A stretch of DNA of 64,000 bases from Takakia lepidozioides (taxonomy: Eukaryota > Plantae > Bryophyta), in NCBI GenBank assembly GCA_030704615.1, contig CM060731.1, positions 82,274,001 through 82,338,000 of the forward strand. The letters run 5' to 3'. This document shows positions 36,524-50,700 of this stretch, piece after piece (position 1 is the stretch's first letter; the number at the start of each line of letters is the position of its first letter). Position numbers and translations under genes: made by a program. A model generated the notes under the pieces. It worked only from the letters and a program-made list of their open reading frames with translations, did not search any database and was not told where the DNA came from.

Positions 36524-39500
36524 TGATACAATCGCCTGCCGTCTACAATGGTCCCCAACCCACACAGGCATCTGTATCTATGTGAGAAACCTAATATCTG
36601 CATATAGCAAAGTGCAGAAGATAAAATTTCTAGCTTTGGAAGAAGATAGCAAAACCCGCGCCCCTTATAATATAGCTCTTGATGTCAGTGTAAGAAAAAT
36701 CCTGCATTAGGCCCCCGTGGAATCTAGAAAACAGTGGGGATCCCAAAAAAAAAAGGGTTCCATGGTACCTGCTGTCACTCATTCCCGAAACACAGACGAT
36801 ATCTTGAGATGAGGGGGCACGTCGAAAGCATCTCTACCCTTTCAGAGTATCAGTTCTCTCTCTCTCTACGCTTAAGAGATCACAAGCGCCCGAGCCTTAT
36901 CTAGGTGCTATTCACCGAGCCGCTATTGTATTGGCAACTCACAGCATGCTGCAGACCTGTCATGCCTAGGTGCTAGTGCTCTCTGCCACGCAGTCATTCT
37001 AGTGTCTCTCTGAATCCTTCTCTCTCCTTGAATCCGCCTCTCCGATTCTAATCCATCTTTCTCTCTTCCTATCGAGCTGTCTCTCACACATCCACACCAT
37101 GTGTGTGCCCGTGTTGTCTTCCTTAAGTTTATGTTACGAGTGCTCCCGCGCACCTAAGAGAAAAAGCGAGGGAAACGGTTACGTACACAAGTACAGCATG
37201 CATGAATCAGAAGTACTCTGCAGGGGGCCTGCCCCTGCTGTACTCCAAAAGAGGCGTGAGATGAATAACTGACTAGCAGTCCTGCAGTTACTGAAAACAA
37301 TCATTTTAAGTCAGAGTGGATGGTGGCATGAATGCAGAACCGGTGGCTGGATACTTACCATTGAATGCGCGATTGAATGAAACACAAAGTGCGTAGGCCT
37401 TTTGCCTCTCACATTTACTCCCACTATTCAGAGAAAACATAGACATGTCCCGACAAGAAATCTGGAAAACTACATGTCAACCACCTCAGTACAAAACTGA
37501 GCTTTCACGGCAGTTTGATATCTCCAGTTCCTGGTAGGTACTAGGTACCTTGCGCTACTGTGCAACACACTGTGATTCAATTCGCCTCGGTAAGGTGGTG
37601 ATCTGTCGTCTCTTTCTTTCTTTGTCTCTAGCTTCCTTTCCTTTTCGCGGCACCTTTCCACAGGATACTGGGTAGGCTTGGCCAATTATGGTTCCATGGG
37701 GCTTTGTCCTCTTTGGAAGTATGCTCTGAACACCTCACATTAAACTAATGTCCGAGTGTCTACACCAGACAACCTCCAGGCACTGTCCTACTGGCAACAA
37801 CCAAAGATAGTTTGTGAGTTACCAACTGGAAGGAATCATCTCACACCCTTCGATACAAAGTCCCTGATATGCGGAACGTGAGAAAAAAAAATTTGTCGAA
37901 TGGTCAGAATGGTTTCCTTTCTTGGTAGATACGTTCACTTTTAAAACAAACAAGTAAACTTCCGAGCTTGTCATATCATCTCATCTCACAAACATTCAAT
38001 GAAGTTGTTACTACGGAACATAACTATGTTATGTGGTAAACGATATCAAAGTTCTACAAGTCATTATGATGCAAAAGTTGAGTCATTCCATACTTATAGT
38101 GTACCAGTCCGGACTCGTGGGAAGTGCCACCCTCCTTTACTAGCCCATTTCCATCATATTTGCCCATTTTCTAGTTAACAAACTCTCCCTCAGTTACACT
38201 AAATCCTCTTCCTGCTTCAAACGCAGGTGCTGAGAGGTCCTCAGCCAGCACGTCAGTAGGATTCAAGAGAGACGACACTTGCCAACGAACGTGAACTTGG
38301 TTCACAGAATTCTCCAGAAAAATTGGAAACAAATTTGAATATTGCACGCTCACCAGGATTGTAGATCTCATTACATGCTCTTCTTCTCGAAGGCTGACAA
38401 GAGGAGGTCGGAGAAGTTCTCGAACTAAGTTAGAGATTAGAAACATCAGCTTCTGCACCCCAGTTGTTCTTTGATAAAAATCCCACATTTACATGTTCAG
38501 ATAAATCTCGTCTCTGTCTACACCTAAATTCAAGACCGAAGTTCATCTTCAAAAGCACAGTAAGGTAGAGGAGCGTATAAATGTTTACCATTCAAAATGT
38601 GACCCCTATAAATATTTGTTTATATGGCTCATACGCGAATTCAGAAACGTCGAACTTGCTGATCCGAATTAGGTTTGTGACATGGCAGTTCACTGTTACT
38701 GGCTAGAATTACCTGCATGGTAAAGATAAGAGATTAAAGTGGCTGATCTACATGACAATTACTGCTGGGTCGAAACTCAACTCATATCTAGGGACGCATT
38801 AAGTCGTTTTGGGAGATGCATAGTGTTAGGAACTGCTGCAAGGGGGTCAGGATTCAAACAAGTTGTAGTTTATAATTGCAACAAGAGTGATTAGTTAGTG
38901 TGATTAATCCGATTTGAATTTGCAAGCAAACATATTAATGCAGAATGCATGGCCATTTTGAATAAGGGTCTGGTACTCCGATTCCGGCCACTGCTTATCG
39001 AGGAGCCTTTTTCTGTGGATCAGTTCCACCTATATCTTATGTTGTCCGTAACATGAAAGTGGCAATTCAAAAACAGAAAGCAAAGAAGGCAAGTCTGGAT
39101 ACATAAAGTAGTCTTCATCGAACCTCCATGGGTTCACAGGAATGCAAGCAGAGAACAAACGGTTCAGGCTGATGGCGACAGATAGATTTTGGTGGAGGGA
39201 AATGTGGTTCCATTACAATACTTGCCCATCAGCTTTGGGATCAGATCCAAGAGTTTTGGATGAGGAGGAGATTTGTTTATCTTCCAGTAGCATTTAGTTT
39301 TCAGATCATGAAGGTCCGTTTTTAATCAGTCCTAGGACACATCTGGTGGTCGCCAAGGACCCTTCAATCAACGCAGTCAGATTCTTAAAGCTCAGTAAAT
39401 AATCAAGTTAATGTAACTGATGAATAGTTTAACTGAATGACATGGACCATGTTACTGTGCAAACTAACTAATAAATGAAAGATGACACGCACCTTTTGGG

Positions 39501-39805
39501 CACCATTCGCTCCAGATTCAGTGCACTTGCAGTTCAAAATGATACCCCCTACGGTCCATTCAAGGATAACTCTGTGTTTTCACATTGATTATTCACCAAT
39601 ATTACATGTTACTTGAAACTTCGGATAATTTTTGTAATCTTTTCAGTAAATTTCATTTCCTTGTGCCCACATTAGAAAAATAATATGACGACATTGCACA
39701 CCTGGAACTGCCTGCATTTCTTAAAGGAGCCATTATAGGTTCGTCTACCTTATCAACAATCTTTTGATGCACTTGCGCGAAGGGGGAGAAGAAGGGGGAG
39801 AAGAA

Positions 39806-39890
39806 CATACCAACACCCGTCAAGATAGCAGGATTTGACCCCAGAATCCTCTGGGTGCACTATCCAACTGAGCTACTGACTGTTGGTATG
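39806..39890 (-). other. tRNA-derived short element (SINE head or tRNA pseudogene)
   Basis: Minus-strand A box TAGCTCAGTTGG and B-box-like GGGTCAAATCC, enclosed by the inverted 10-mer CATACCAACA/TGTTGGTATG. Confidence 0.45.
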
Positions 39891-39895
39891 GCGTG

Positions 39896-42800
39896 TCATT
39901 TATCAGCAAATTCCTCGTCAACAAAGATATCAAAACTTCGTTTGGGGGCTTTAGAGACAGGTGGCTGCTTTCTCGCCACCTTTGAGTTCACTCCGTGAAA
40001 CCCATTGCCAACAGGCATGGCCAGATCCTCATCTACAAAGACCTCAAAGCCCTTGACCTGTGATTGAGCCGATGTGCCTGCAATTAATCCTCCTTTGGAA
40101 CGCATTTGCTGCACAGACAGTTCTTCATCCTCAAAGACTTGGAAGCCCTGATTCAGTGCCGGAGACTTGGACAATTGCTCCCTATCTACTTGCTCAGCCA
40201 AATGGTGATCCACGAAAACTTGAAATACCTCTTCATTTATCCCTCTTTTGTCACAGGTTTGCTCCACAGACAGTCCTGCATCCTCAAACACTTGGAAACC
40301 CTCATTCAGTGGCAGACACTTTTTCAAGTTCGGTTGCACAGCCAAATCTTCATCCGCAAGGACCTGAAACCCCTCCTTCGGGGCTACAGATGTAAGTACA
40401 CTGCACCTGTTTGCTCTGGAGGCCCGAGCTTTGGACCTAGCTCTCTCACACGAAAGAGGCCTATTGAACATTGAGAGGATGTCCTCCAAAGCCTCCTTTG
40501 TATTGATAGTCTGATCAAGCAGTCCCTGATGACCCACTGCATCTATACTGTTCACATCAGGATCTGGCCCCCGAATTATGAGTTCTTCTGCAAATCGCTT
40601 AATTGCAACGGTTTCATCTCCACTGCCTGAGACAGCAGTGGCAATGGCACCCCCTGTTGTTGGTGCAGGCAAAGAGCAATCAAAACCCCGAGGTTCATTT
40701 GTTTCATCTGGTACTTCTTTTGTTTCATCTGGAGTACCAACCGCCAGGTTCTTCCAAGCTTTCAGGGCACATCCTTCATTGGAGGAATCACTGCCCACGA
40801 TGGGATTCACTGGATTCGTTTCATTCTGATTGTCTGCATGCAGCATCAATTTACAGTCTTGGGACTGGCTGCTTCTCTCCGATAGTGGCAATGTCGGTGA
40901 TCCAAAACCTCCACTCCTTTGCTTCTCCCTCTCTGATCTAAACAGGTTTAAAAACATCTCTATCCTCTTGGCCTTCTCAATAGAGTTGCTCAGGGATGGG
41001 GACCATTGAGGTTGTTGCTGAGCAGCCCTCCACTGGGAGTGCCTGGCCTCCTCAAAACTGACCTCATCTCCATCCCTTGTGGTGTATATCTTGCTACCTA
41101 TGAGAACTATGGTAGATGTGGTAGCTTCTTTGCTACCTTGATCTCCTTCTGCAATCCACAAATTTCAAGCCCATTAAAGACAACAGAAGCATTGAAACAT
41201 ACAGAGGGTGATTCACAGGATATTGAATACTAATGGCCTTACGGCCATAAACTTCCCCTCAACAGTATGGAGAGTATGGAGAAGAGCGAAAAAGGAACTC
41301 AATAATGTCCACAGAGACAGAATCACACGAGCAGCAGTAGCTTGACATTTAACAAAGAAAAAACGAGGAGAGAGTGTGACCATAGCGGGGCTGAAAGGAC
41401 ACTGGAGCATAAACTCTCTACTTGAATCTGCAAGAATGTGTGCCTTCAACCTTACCAGGTTGTTTGCAATGCTTTTTGCCGACAAGAGACATCAGAGGTG
41501 GGTGATTGCCTTCTGTGAAATGCAGTAGTGGGTTTTTCATGAGAGCTTCGGTTCCCCTGCTGTCAAAGTTACAGGGCTTTAGTGTCAACACTCCCACCTA
41601 AAAAATCAGCTACACAATCATGCATCCCCTCGTCTGTTTGTCCACTCCAAAAAATGGATGTCAGCACTAACTTTGCTGCATGAATTCCATTAAAATGCAT
41701 GTATTTGTCTCAACTATCGGAAAAACGCACATTGTCAAACACTTGGTATGACTAGAGTAATTTCTTAAGGATTCACACTGTATGAATCTGCATGCTTCAT
41801 ATGTGTACAAGGAGCATAGAGAGCAAAACAAGGAAGGGAAATTGAGTAGACCTCTGGTTCTCAGGCATGTCATCGAGCCGCAAACGGAGGGTGGCTGGGA
41901 CAAGGAACTCCTTTGCTTGCACTGTTGGTGCCTTTACCCTGCATTCACACAGGCATTCTTTAAGTTAGGTGCTCTCTCTTCCCCACTTTTCTAGACTCAT
42001 TGTAATTGGGAGGGTTACCAAATTCAGGGCTATGGCACCAGTGCTAGAATGAATTTTGTGCAATCTAGCATGATGTCTCCATAACCCATACAGCACACAC
42101 TTCCTTGGCAACTGGATTTCATCAACTGTGAGCGAGTGCTTTGTCATAATCACATTCAATTTCATATACCCCAGTGGGCTGAAACACCACAAGAGGCTCC
42201 TGGAAGTTAGTATCCTGTGAAGACCATACCCTAGAGGGATGTGTTATAGGAGAGTTTTTTGCAAGGAACTGTCTTTAAGTACTTTCTGTCTTGTGAGCTT
42301 CATGTAGATATAAACATATAAACAAGTATTTTGTTTTCTTCTTCTGACTATGTATACTTAATTGATAAGTTTAGCTGACCTGTCAAACAGTCGAGCCTCT
42401 TTTGGGAAGAAGAAAATTCGTTCAGTTAACCATGCAGTGTTTTTACTCAAAAGAGGGCCAGGAAGCAGGAGAGCCATATGCAAAGAAAACTTACTGGGAG
42501 AACTCGTCATCAACAAAAACATTGATTTCTGGTTGGGCAGCTAGGGAACCTTTCTTGTGAGCAATCTGTACTGTGTATGACAAAACCAACTTAGCATATG
42601 TGCACCACAAAGAAAACTTCATTGACTCTGAAGAGTTTTATTTGAGCTTCTTGCAACATTCCTTCCAGTATCCTGCTTTCTATTGCCCCATAATCCCTTT
42701 TGGGTTTTCTGTGGGTGTGGTTTTCCCTTTTCATTCTTTCACTTCTTCTACTGCCCTCTATACTATGAGATCCGTGGGAGATTTCACTGTTTATTCAGTG

Positions 42801-45800
42801 GAACCCAAACTCTCACTGATGTCTTTCACTATGAGGATCAAAAATGCGTGGCAGCCTACCTACACGAGGCCTTCACCCTTAGACAATCGCTAGAACATTA
42901 ATTGTGGTTTCTGGATTTGTTCCTCTCTCATGTTTTCTTCCATTTTGTCCCATAAGCTCTACGAGCTTTCCGCGGACGTTATAAAGCACCATTTCATTTC
43001 ATTTCTCAGCATTTCATTTCTCATAACCTTCCTTTCCGTTCTCTAGAGAGTGTCTCTAAACTAATTCAAAGCTGCAGCGTGTTTGATGCCGCTGGCCAGC
43101 TTGTGCTGACAAGACAGGCAAGAGATTGAGGGTAAAGAACACTTCCTTCTTCTCTACTACAAATCATGGGCTGCTGCTAGTGCCTATTCAGGGACAGACA
43201 TCTTACAGGGTTGTTTCAGTATGGGGACCAGCAATGCCTGGCAGAATATCTACATGAAGCTCTCCACCTTAGAGAATCTTTGGAAGGCAATAGTAGTCTT
43301 CAGGCTGCTTTTTGTGGCTAGGCCTACTTCACTAGTTTCTCATTCTTGACCCATGAGTTCTGAGGCTTTAGAACCCATACAGTTTGTTGCTCAGATTTTC
43401 TCTCCTATACAAGCCCATGCACACACCTTCCCATCAGTCCATTTTGCTGGTAGTTGAGTGTTCTCCTTCGTGACTTCTGACTGGCTCCCCAAATTCTTCC
43501 ACAATGGAGCAGAAACATGACTCATGGCTGCATGGAAGCTGGCAGGCTGTTGGATGGATGGGAGAGATGGCTTCTTGCCAACCTCAGGATCGACATACAC
43601 TGCAAAGCCAGTATTTTCTGGTCTGCAAAAGCAACGCAAAGCTAGAGTTACTTTTGGTTCTTGCATACAACTGTTTCTGCAAACATAGGATTGCAAATCA
43701 ACTGTAAGAGAACTCATTATATCCATGGCAGGACAGGAGGGTCTATGGGACACAGTAGAACTACAGGGAACCCAAGACAAATTGTCAAAAAACCCTGGAG
43801 CCAGAGTGCCTCCCACAGGCCTCCCACAGGCCAGCTGCCTAGAGTGAAAGAAAGACAGAAGGAAGCTTTATAACTCTGTAAGAAATGAAATGGTGCTTTA
43901 TAACGTCCGCGGAAAGCTCATAGAGCTTATGGGACAAAATGGAAGGAAACATGAGAGAGGAAACAAAACCAGAACCCAAGAATACGAACTAATGTTCTAG
44001 CGATTGTCTAAGGGTGTGCAGGTAGGCTGCCAAGCATTTTTTATCCTCGTAGTGGAAGCTTCAGTGAGAGATTGGGTTCCACTGAATAAACAGTGGAATC
44101 TCCCACGGATCTCGTAGTATAGAGGGCAGTAGAAGAAGAAGTGTTCTTCAGTTTCAATTTCCTGGCTGCACCCTGTAGGAGAAAGATTGACTATCTACAA
44201 CACATTTACCTTTGAGTTGGTGCTGGTTGAGCTTTTCGTCTTGGTTGTCCCTGCAGCGACTGTGAAGGTACCCTCAGTGAATGACCTCCTGAAACAGAAA
44301 GAAAAGAACTTGGCATCATCCACATTGTGTGTTCAGTGGAGCGGAGCATACCATTTGCAAATCTCAGAGGCATAAATTGGCAGCATAACTCAACAGTTAC
44401 AACAACGTATGAGACAGGATAAAATACACAGTTTGCTCTTGAGCGTACTAGAATTGTTGATTATCTGTGTATGCTCCTTCCTAGGTCTATTACAATTAAC
44501 CCTCTTAGTCTTCTCATATTGATATTCAATGTGGCCAAAATGCAGCTCAAAGGCCTGATGATTGCAATACTAAGAACCTAGGCTAAAGACACCCTTGAAC
44601 TAACGAACCCGTGCAGGGAGCATGACCTCTACCTCCGGCCAAATGCCCAAATGAGCGTGGTCTCTCTGACTCAAAAGCTTCTTGCTCCTGCACAACCTCC
44701 CATACCAACAATTAGCTTTACACAAAAGAACACAAAGATGATGCACTACTCAACACTACAGTCAGATTGAACAAGCTGTCAAGAGATCCTGACTGTAGTT
44801 TTACCTCCTGGAGTTCACGTTCGCCACGCTTGATCATTCTCTTCATGAAGCTCTTGTGCATATTCTCTAATCTGCCTATTGGCTGGGCTTCCCTGTCACC
44901 CATATACCACAGCCTCAGCTAAGCAGTTCCCAAGCAAGAACCAGAAGTGCAGCTTTGATGGTTAATAATTGTGACACTCAGAACTTCCTTAATTGAGCAG
45001 GAAACCCAGGTCTGAGAGAGTTAAGTCTGCATCATACATTCTTATCCACCAACATTGATGGAAAACTAACCAAACTAGAGGTTATATATCCATCCAAATC
45101 TATGTGATTATGCAGGGATATTCAAAAAAATTAGCAGACATAAGAACAAAATTGAAGTAGGTATGAAATACCCAACCTTGCTAGGCCAAGCTCATAGACT
45201 TCATTTGCCTTGGTATAATGTCTGCAGATCTCCAGGTAGGTAGCATAAGCTTCATAGAAAAGGGCATGATCTTGGCCTATTCCATGTGTTTCCAGAAATG
45301 CGAAGATGTCCCTTGGATCCGTACAGCAATCTGCCTGCATGACAACACGGATATGCAGTGAAATCCACTCAAGGCTGGATTAGAGGACAAAAGTGCTAAT
45401 ATCTATGTAGCTAGAAGCCTCGCTGCCCCCTTGTCAATTTGTCCTCTATCTCAGATTATATGAGTCATATTCTGATCAGGATAATGAAGAAATTTACACT
45501 GATTTCTGGCATCAGAGTACACTATATTCAAGACTGCTGTGGCTAACTGAATGGTTCCCAAGAGGGCCACTTGCTATAGCTTTTCAAGGAGAACTCCAGT
45601 CCACGTTGAAATTGACCAAACTTAAGGGGGAAGAGGAAAGGATAGTTTGAGAAAGAACTCACATATTGCACCCAGAGTCGCAGATAGCGCACATCAGATT
45701 TGTAGCGTTCATCTGCTTGAAAGGTGTGTGTGCATGCCTCCAGCAATGGCAGCAGCTCAGACTGTGCACCTCCTGATGGGAAGGCCTCTTTTACCCACTT

Positions 45801-47786
45801 TATGCACCTGGTGCACAATATAAACTTGCTTTGAAAGCTGCCATCCCTTCAAGTTCCTTAACAGACAACTAAAAATTCTTTGTAGTATTAAAACAAAAGG
45901 TATTAGCATCTGGCTCTTTCCCTTCGCCCCAAATCTCTACCTGTGTACCTTTGGACCATTGGGCCTCCCACGACTAAATTAAATTTTTTGTTTATGCCTT
46001 TCTCTGTAAGCTCTATGAGCTTTCCGCGGACGTTATAAAGCACCATTTCATTTCATTTCTGTAAGACCTCTTCCTTTTGACAATCTGCCACTGTCTCCCT
46101 GCATCAAGAATTTGAAAAATTGTCCTCCAACAGTAATATTTCATAGAAACCACAACAAGAGTATACATGTAGCATACTCTCATGAGAAAGTAGTGGAGCA
46201 GGGTGGAATTCGAGAAACTTAACCAAATAGGACCACGTAGAAATTTCCTTCTAACTTAAGGATCAGCATCATTCTACAGAGAACACCTGGAAACTGCATG
46301 CTCATTGAAGAAGAGAAAAAAACAGGCATATTGCTATCGCCTTGAAAGATGGGTTAGGCATCAGGATAAGGAGGCAGGGTTTACTGCATCTGCAATATTT
46401 CCGGAAAATGTCTGGGAATAGCCCACTTTGACAAGCTAAGACAAGACATTCTTGCTTTCTCTGTAATGTCACTGTTCACCGTGGAGTTGAGGTGCCCGTC
46501 CTTTTTTACTCTCCAAACAGGACTTACCCAAGCCCTGCTAAATACGAGGGGGTGAAGAGACACATTGATAGACATCGAAAAGACACATTGAGTGCTCATG
46601 AGATTACAGAAACAACATACCGGAGCCATGGTTCGAGAGGATCGTCCCCTTCGTAATTGTCAATGGCTTCAATCATCTTCCTGCAAAAAATTCCGCCATA
46701 AGTTGATTTAACCAATGCTTTTGAGGCAGTCGCTCCCCTCTGGCAAAGATTGCAGAAACTGGGAGCAGCATCTCACATCCTCTTAGCTATTCACACCTTA
46801 CATGAGCATGCTGTGGGAAAAGTTATGACACACGAGGGCGTCATCAAGGAGGTACAGAGAAAACTAGAGTCAAGCCAGGATGCCACGCTCTGTGGACTAT
46901 ACATTGATGACCTGGAAGAATTCATCAGGGCTGACAAGGGCTAAGAACAGAGCTAGATGGAGGACATTTTGTTGTAGGCTGATGGCACTCTTATCCTGAT
47001 ACCCATTACAATTCTCACATCACCAAGCTTGTCTAGAAGAATTGCAGGACGATATGGGACTGCAGGTGAACTTGAGAAAATCAAAGGTGCTAGTGTTCAA
47101 CATGACAAATCCTCAGATGCAGGACAACCGATTTTTGTTCTGAATTCTACACATGTATGGAAATGGTGCCTACTGCCCCCAGCCTCGAGCACAAAGAAAG
47201 CAGAAAAGGACAGATTCACCAAAGGATCAGCTGCATCATTCAACTACAAGCCCAATGATAGGGATACTCTATTGTGCAAATGGCTATTTGGTTTGGTGGT
47301 CGCCCCCTTTCAGACATCTGGGGCCTGCTCATAGTTATCCCTTTGGTACAAACTTATAAGCCCTACTTTACTGCAGCAGATGATTGGCGCAACAAAACAT
47401 CAAGCAGATAGGGTACAAAGCTATCCGTGTCTGCACCAGGCTGCAGAAAGAAACAGAGCAACAATGTTTATCCTCCTGGCCTGCGTAATCAGCCCCAAAG
47501 AGATACTATTGTCTGTTTTTAGGGATACCTAATCTTTAGTGGAGGCAAATTCCTTTGAAGATCCTAAGTGCATAGCAGTCCTGCTTGAAAAGTCATCTTC
47601 GGGTGACCCTTGATCTATATTCTGAAGCATCTCTCGGAAGAAGTATAATCCAAACCTGCGTTGATGCTCAAAGATGTTGATCCGGGTGGGACCTTCCGTT
47701 TTCGCCTTGAGAGCCTCATTGAGCACTTCCACGTGCCTTCCCTGTCTTAGCGGCTGTACATTCTCTTTGCTGAGCTCCCAATCCAT
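39896..47786 (-). CDS. BUBR1: MAD3/BUB1-family (BUBR1/MADBUB-like) spindle-checkpoint gene, multi-exon
   Basis: Exon 1 MDWELSKENVQPLRQGR (KEN1). TPR exons: YEGDDPLEPW (about 46620-46680), CIKWVKEAFPSGG...RYLRLWVQY, and ADCCTDPRDIFAFL...GIG...ALFYEAYA. Then GFAVYVD...KENTQLPAKW (ABBA, KEN2) and a large exon with EVSFEEAR, TINTKEALEDILSMF and FxVFxD repeats. The 3' end is uncertain. Confidence 0.8.
42742..43005 (+). mobile_element. 5'-truncated LINE 3' end in an intron
   Basis: HFFYCPLYYEIRGRF...LEH* (ORF2 C-terminal CCHC region), then a 3' UTR and a (CATTT)n tail. Confidence 0.7.
43882..44180 (-). mobile_element. Second copy of the same LINE 3' end, inverted
   Basis: Reverse complement of 42742-43005; encodes CSQEIETEEHFFFYCPLYYEIRGRF. 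Confidence 0.75.
46007..46059 (+). mobile_element. Third, very short copy of the LINE tail
   Basis: TAAGCTCTATGAGCTTTCCGCGGACGTTATAAAGCACCATTTCATTTC. Confidence 0.7.
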
Positions 47787-50700
47787 GATTTTACCCTTGT
47801 CACATGCCTGCATTTAGCATCAACCAAAGACAGTCTGACTTGTCTTTAAGCGCACGTCTTCACACAAAACATCGGTGTAGGGTGGAATATTTTCAGATGC
47901 GGAAAATGTGTCCTTCCAGATACGTTGTAGCTCCGAGTGATCATATCCATGGAAGGAAGACAACCAAACCACACATATTCAGAGGAAAGGGGAAGGGAGT
48001 TTGAACCTGAAGTCACGTAAGGTTTTGCTTGCTATACCGTGGTGGAAGTCGGAATTCATTTTGATACTGGCGGCGAAAGTGAGTTTCATTGTGGGCGCAT
48101 ATGATTTAGTATAACAGATGGCAATACCATGAGAGGAACAAACAGACTTGAGGCGTAGAATAGGACCTTCAAATAGAGAACCCTGGTTTCACTTACCAAA
48201 ATGGAGAGGCACTTAGTTCTGCCCAGAAGATTGAACATACTTCATGAGAGGGGGAAACTCTCTAACGGGAAGCAAATCGGCTCATGGCTTACCTTGTGGC
48301 TATGTCCAGCTCCCGCTTATATGACCAACCCCTTCTCCTTCATCGCACTTTCGTACACATCTCTCACACACACAAATTTGGAAACGGATCCTTTCTGATG
48401 AATCACGTCATCAGATTGTTTCTTCCTTTCTTCCTTGTCCTCTTTCAACAGATTCCTTTACGCTTGGAAACACCCTTCAAACCTTCGATTTCAATCAGCA
48501 CAGAAACTTAGACACGCGAAGAAGAGTGGCATTCCATGTATCGAAAAAGGGCGGGCCGTGTTCTCAGACCCGAGGCGCAGGTAGCCGTTGCAGCGTTCAA
48601 AGTTCAAACCAGTGTTAAGGCGGGTATATAGTAGGGTATGTGGAATGGTCTCTAATACCCTACTAGGTGGGTATGAGCTAGGACAACACCCCTCAATACC
48701 CTGGTTGTCCCCAGTAAGTGTTTGTAAGAAGCCAACCAGACCAGCCTGGTGTAAGAGTTCGCGATACCAACCACCTACCTTTGTTGTGGAGGAGGAATGC
48801 AAACTGAAGGGTAACGTCATCCAGAGTGATACCAGACAACAGGGTGACGTGACAAGAGATAAAAAATTTGCAACCTTAATTAATTGAGGTTTCACATTTT
48901 AATTCATTTAAAAATATTATTAATACCTAATAAAGGTGATACCTTCATTCTTTGACATTAGTGTCTTCAATGCGGGCACCTGTGGTTGCGACGGGCCGCA
49001 TGTGGGAGAGGGGGTCATGACGGGTGGGGCGTTCCCTACCCGTGGGGGCTCAGTTTGCTCAGCTGACTGAGCAGACTATATATATATAATTACATATGAC
49101 CTTAAAATAGACAATGTCTCACAGAGATCATGGCTTTAAAAGCCCACTTAGTTGTCGTCTGCAAATCACAGTCATGATTGAAATGAACAGGTGATCCATC
49201 AATCTAGTGCTCACATAATTCCTCTGAGAAAGACCCTGTGACTTTAATAGACATAAGTGGTTGAGCATGATGCTTTCTATATATCAAATACCTAACCCAG
49301 TAGTTCTGTTTTGACACTTGAAGAAAAATTCAATCTTGAAGCCCCATTCCAACTCTGAAATCACTTGGCCTAATACAAAACACAAACTCAGGAGTTGAAA
49401 ACCAGTCCTGCTTATATCAAATTCCAGACTGGTCAGATTACTGGATATGTAAAGTCATAACTTCGGATAGTTTCAGTGCTTGTCAATCATCTACGATTCA
49501 AGAGCACTTAAAACTAAGTGAGTTCAATAGGAAGGGAATAAGGATTATCTGGTGGAGCAGCTTAGATAAGCCACTTCCCATCGTATGTAGATATCCGCCC
49601 TACTCGACGAAGATTCAGCCGTTGTTCATCGTACCCATGTGTGTTTATCTTTGCTACCAATAAGCAACATCATATGCAGCAAATACAACATGACTCAAGA
49701 ATGCATGACAGCCGAGGAGCCCTCACTTGTACCTGTCCCAAAAAGCACCACAAGCCAATGTGGGTTAGTGAGGATGTACGAGGTGAGTTCCAGACTCTCG
49801 CACTTGCTATTATAGGTCGAATGTAAGTGGTGAGAAAACAACACGGGGAATCCTGCGTAAAAGACAAGGGACATTGGGGTTTTGAGACTTGAAGAAGACG
49901 AGATGTTGGCGGGGAGGGAAGCAGATGAGTTCGCGATTTTTCGTTAAGTGGCTGCAGGATGAAATCATCAAAATTTCGTTGATAACACAGATGGAGGGCG
50001 AGTTGGATGACGGGCAGGGATGAAGACACCAGTTTTCATCAGCAGGATGAGTGGCGGACGATATGGATGACAAGGTAACGAAACAGCAATAAAGTGATCT
50101 GTTTTTCATTTTTGTATGAATGAGGGGGTGGATTAACGACAGGCATGAATGAGGGCGTTCTTCATAAGTGTTTATGGACAAATGGTGGGATGAAATAATA
50201 CATCTGGATGGATGAAAAGTAAAGGGGCACCAGGGAGAATAAGTTGTAGTGCAGCCTTTTATTAAATGATGATAAATGAACAGCAGAAAATTCATTGAAA
50301 TAAGGCTCCACGTAGTATCTAAGTATTTTTAGATAGAAGAAGACAAGCGTATGATCTGGCGCAGAGGGGGATAACACCCGACGGCCATCACATTTTCTAT
50401 TAGCTTGTCTCTTATATTTCAAGATAAAGTAGAGAGTAGCTAAGTATGCACTTGATAGAATGGCGGTCATTAAAGGACCTGCTGGCTCGTCTTCCGCATA
50501 TAAGTAGAGACACAAGACGCTTAAGCTCACTTCTCTTGTAGCGACTTTTGTGAAGTAAAGATACCTTCTTGATGTAAGCAATGGTACAATCGTGATTGTC
50601 TTTGTGTGAGAGCAACATTAGTGCCATGAAGATCCAGAAATTAGAGTCTCTTTCTTAGAGTGTTTCACAGACAATAGACATGGGTACAAGCAGCCGGAAA

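Noticed and set aside
37400-39800. BUB1 kinase-domain exons
   Set aside because: No GxGxFA, HxD or DFG motifs recognisable by eye.
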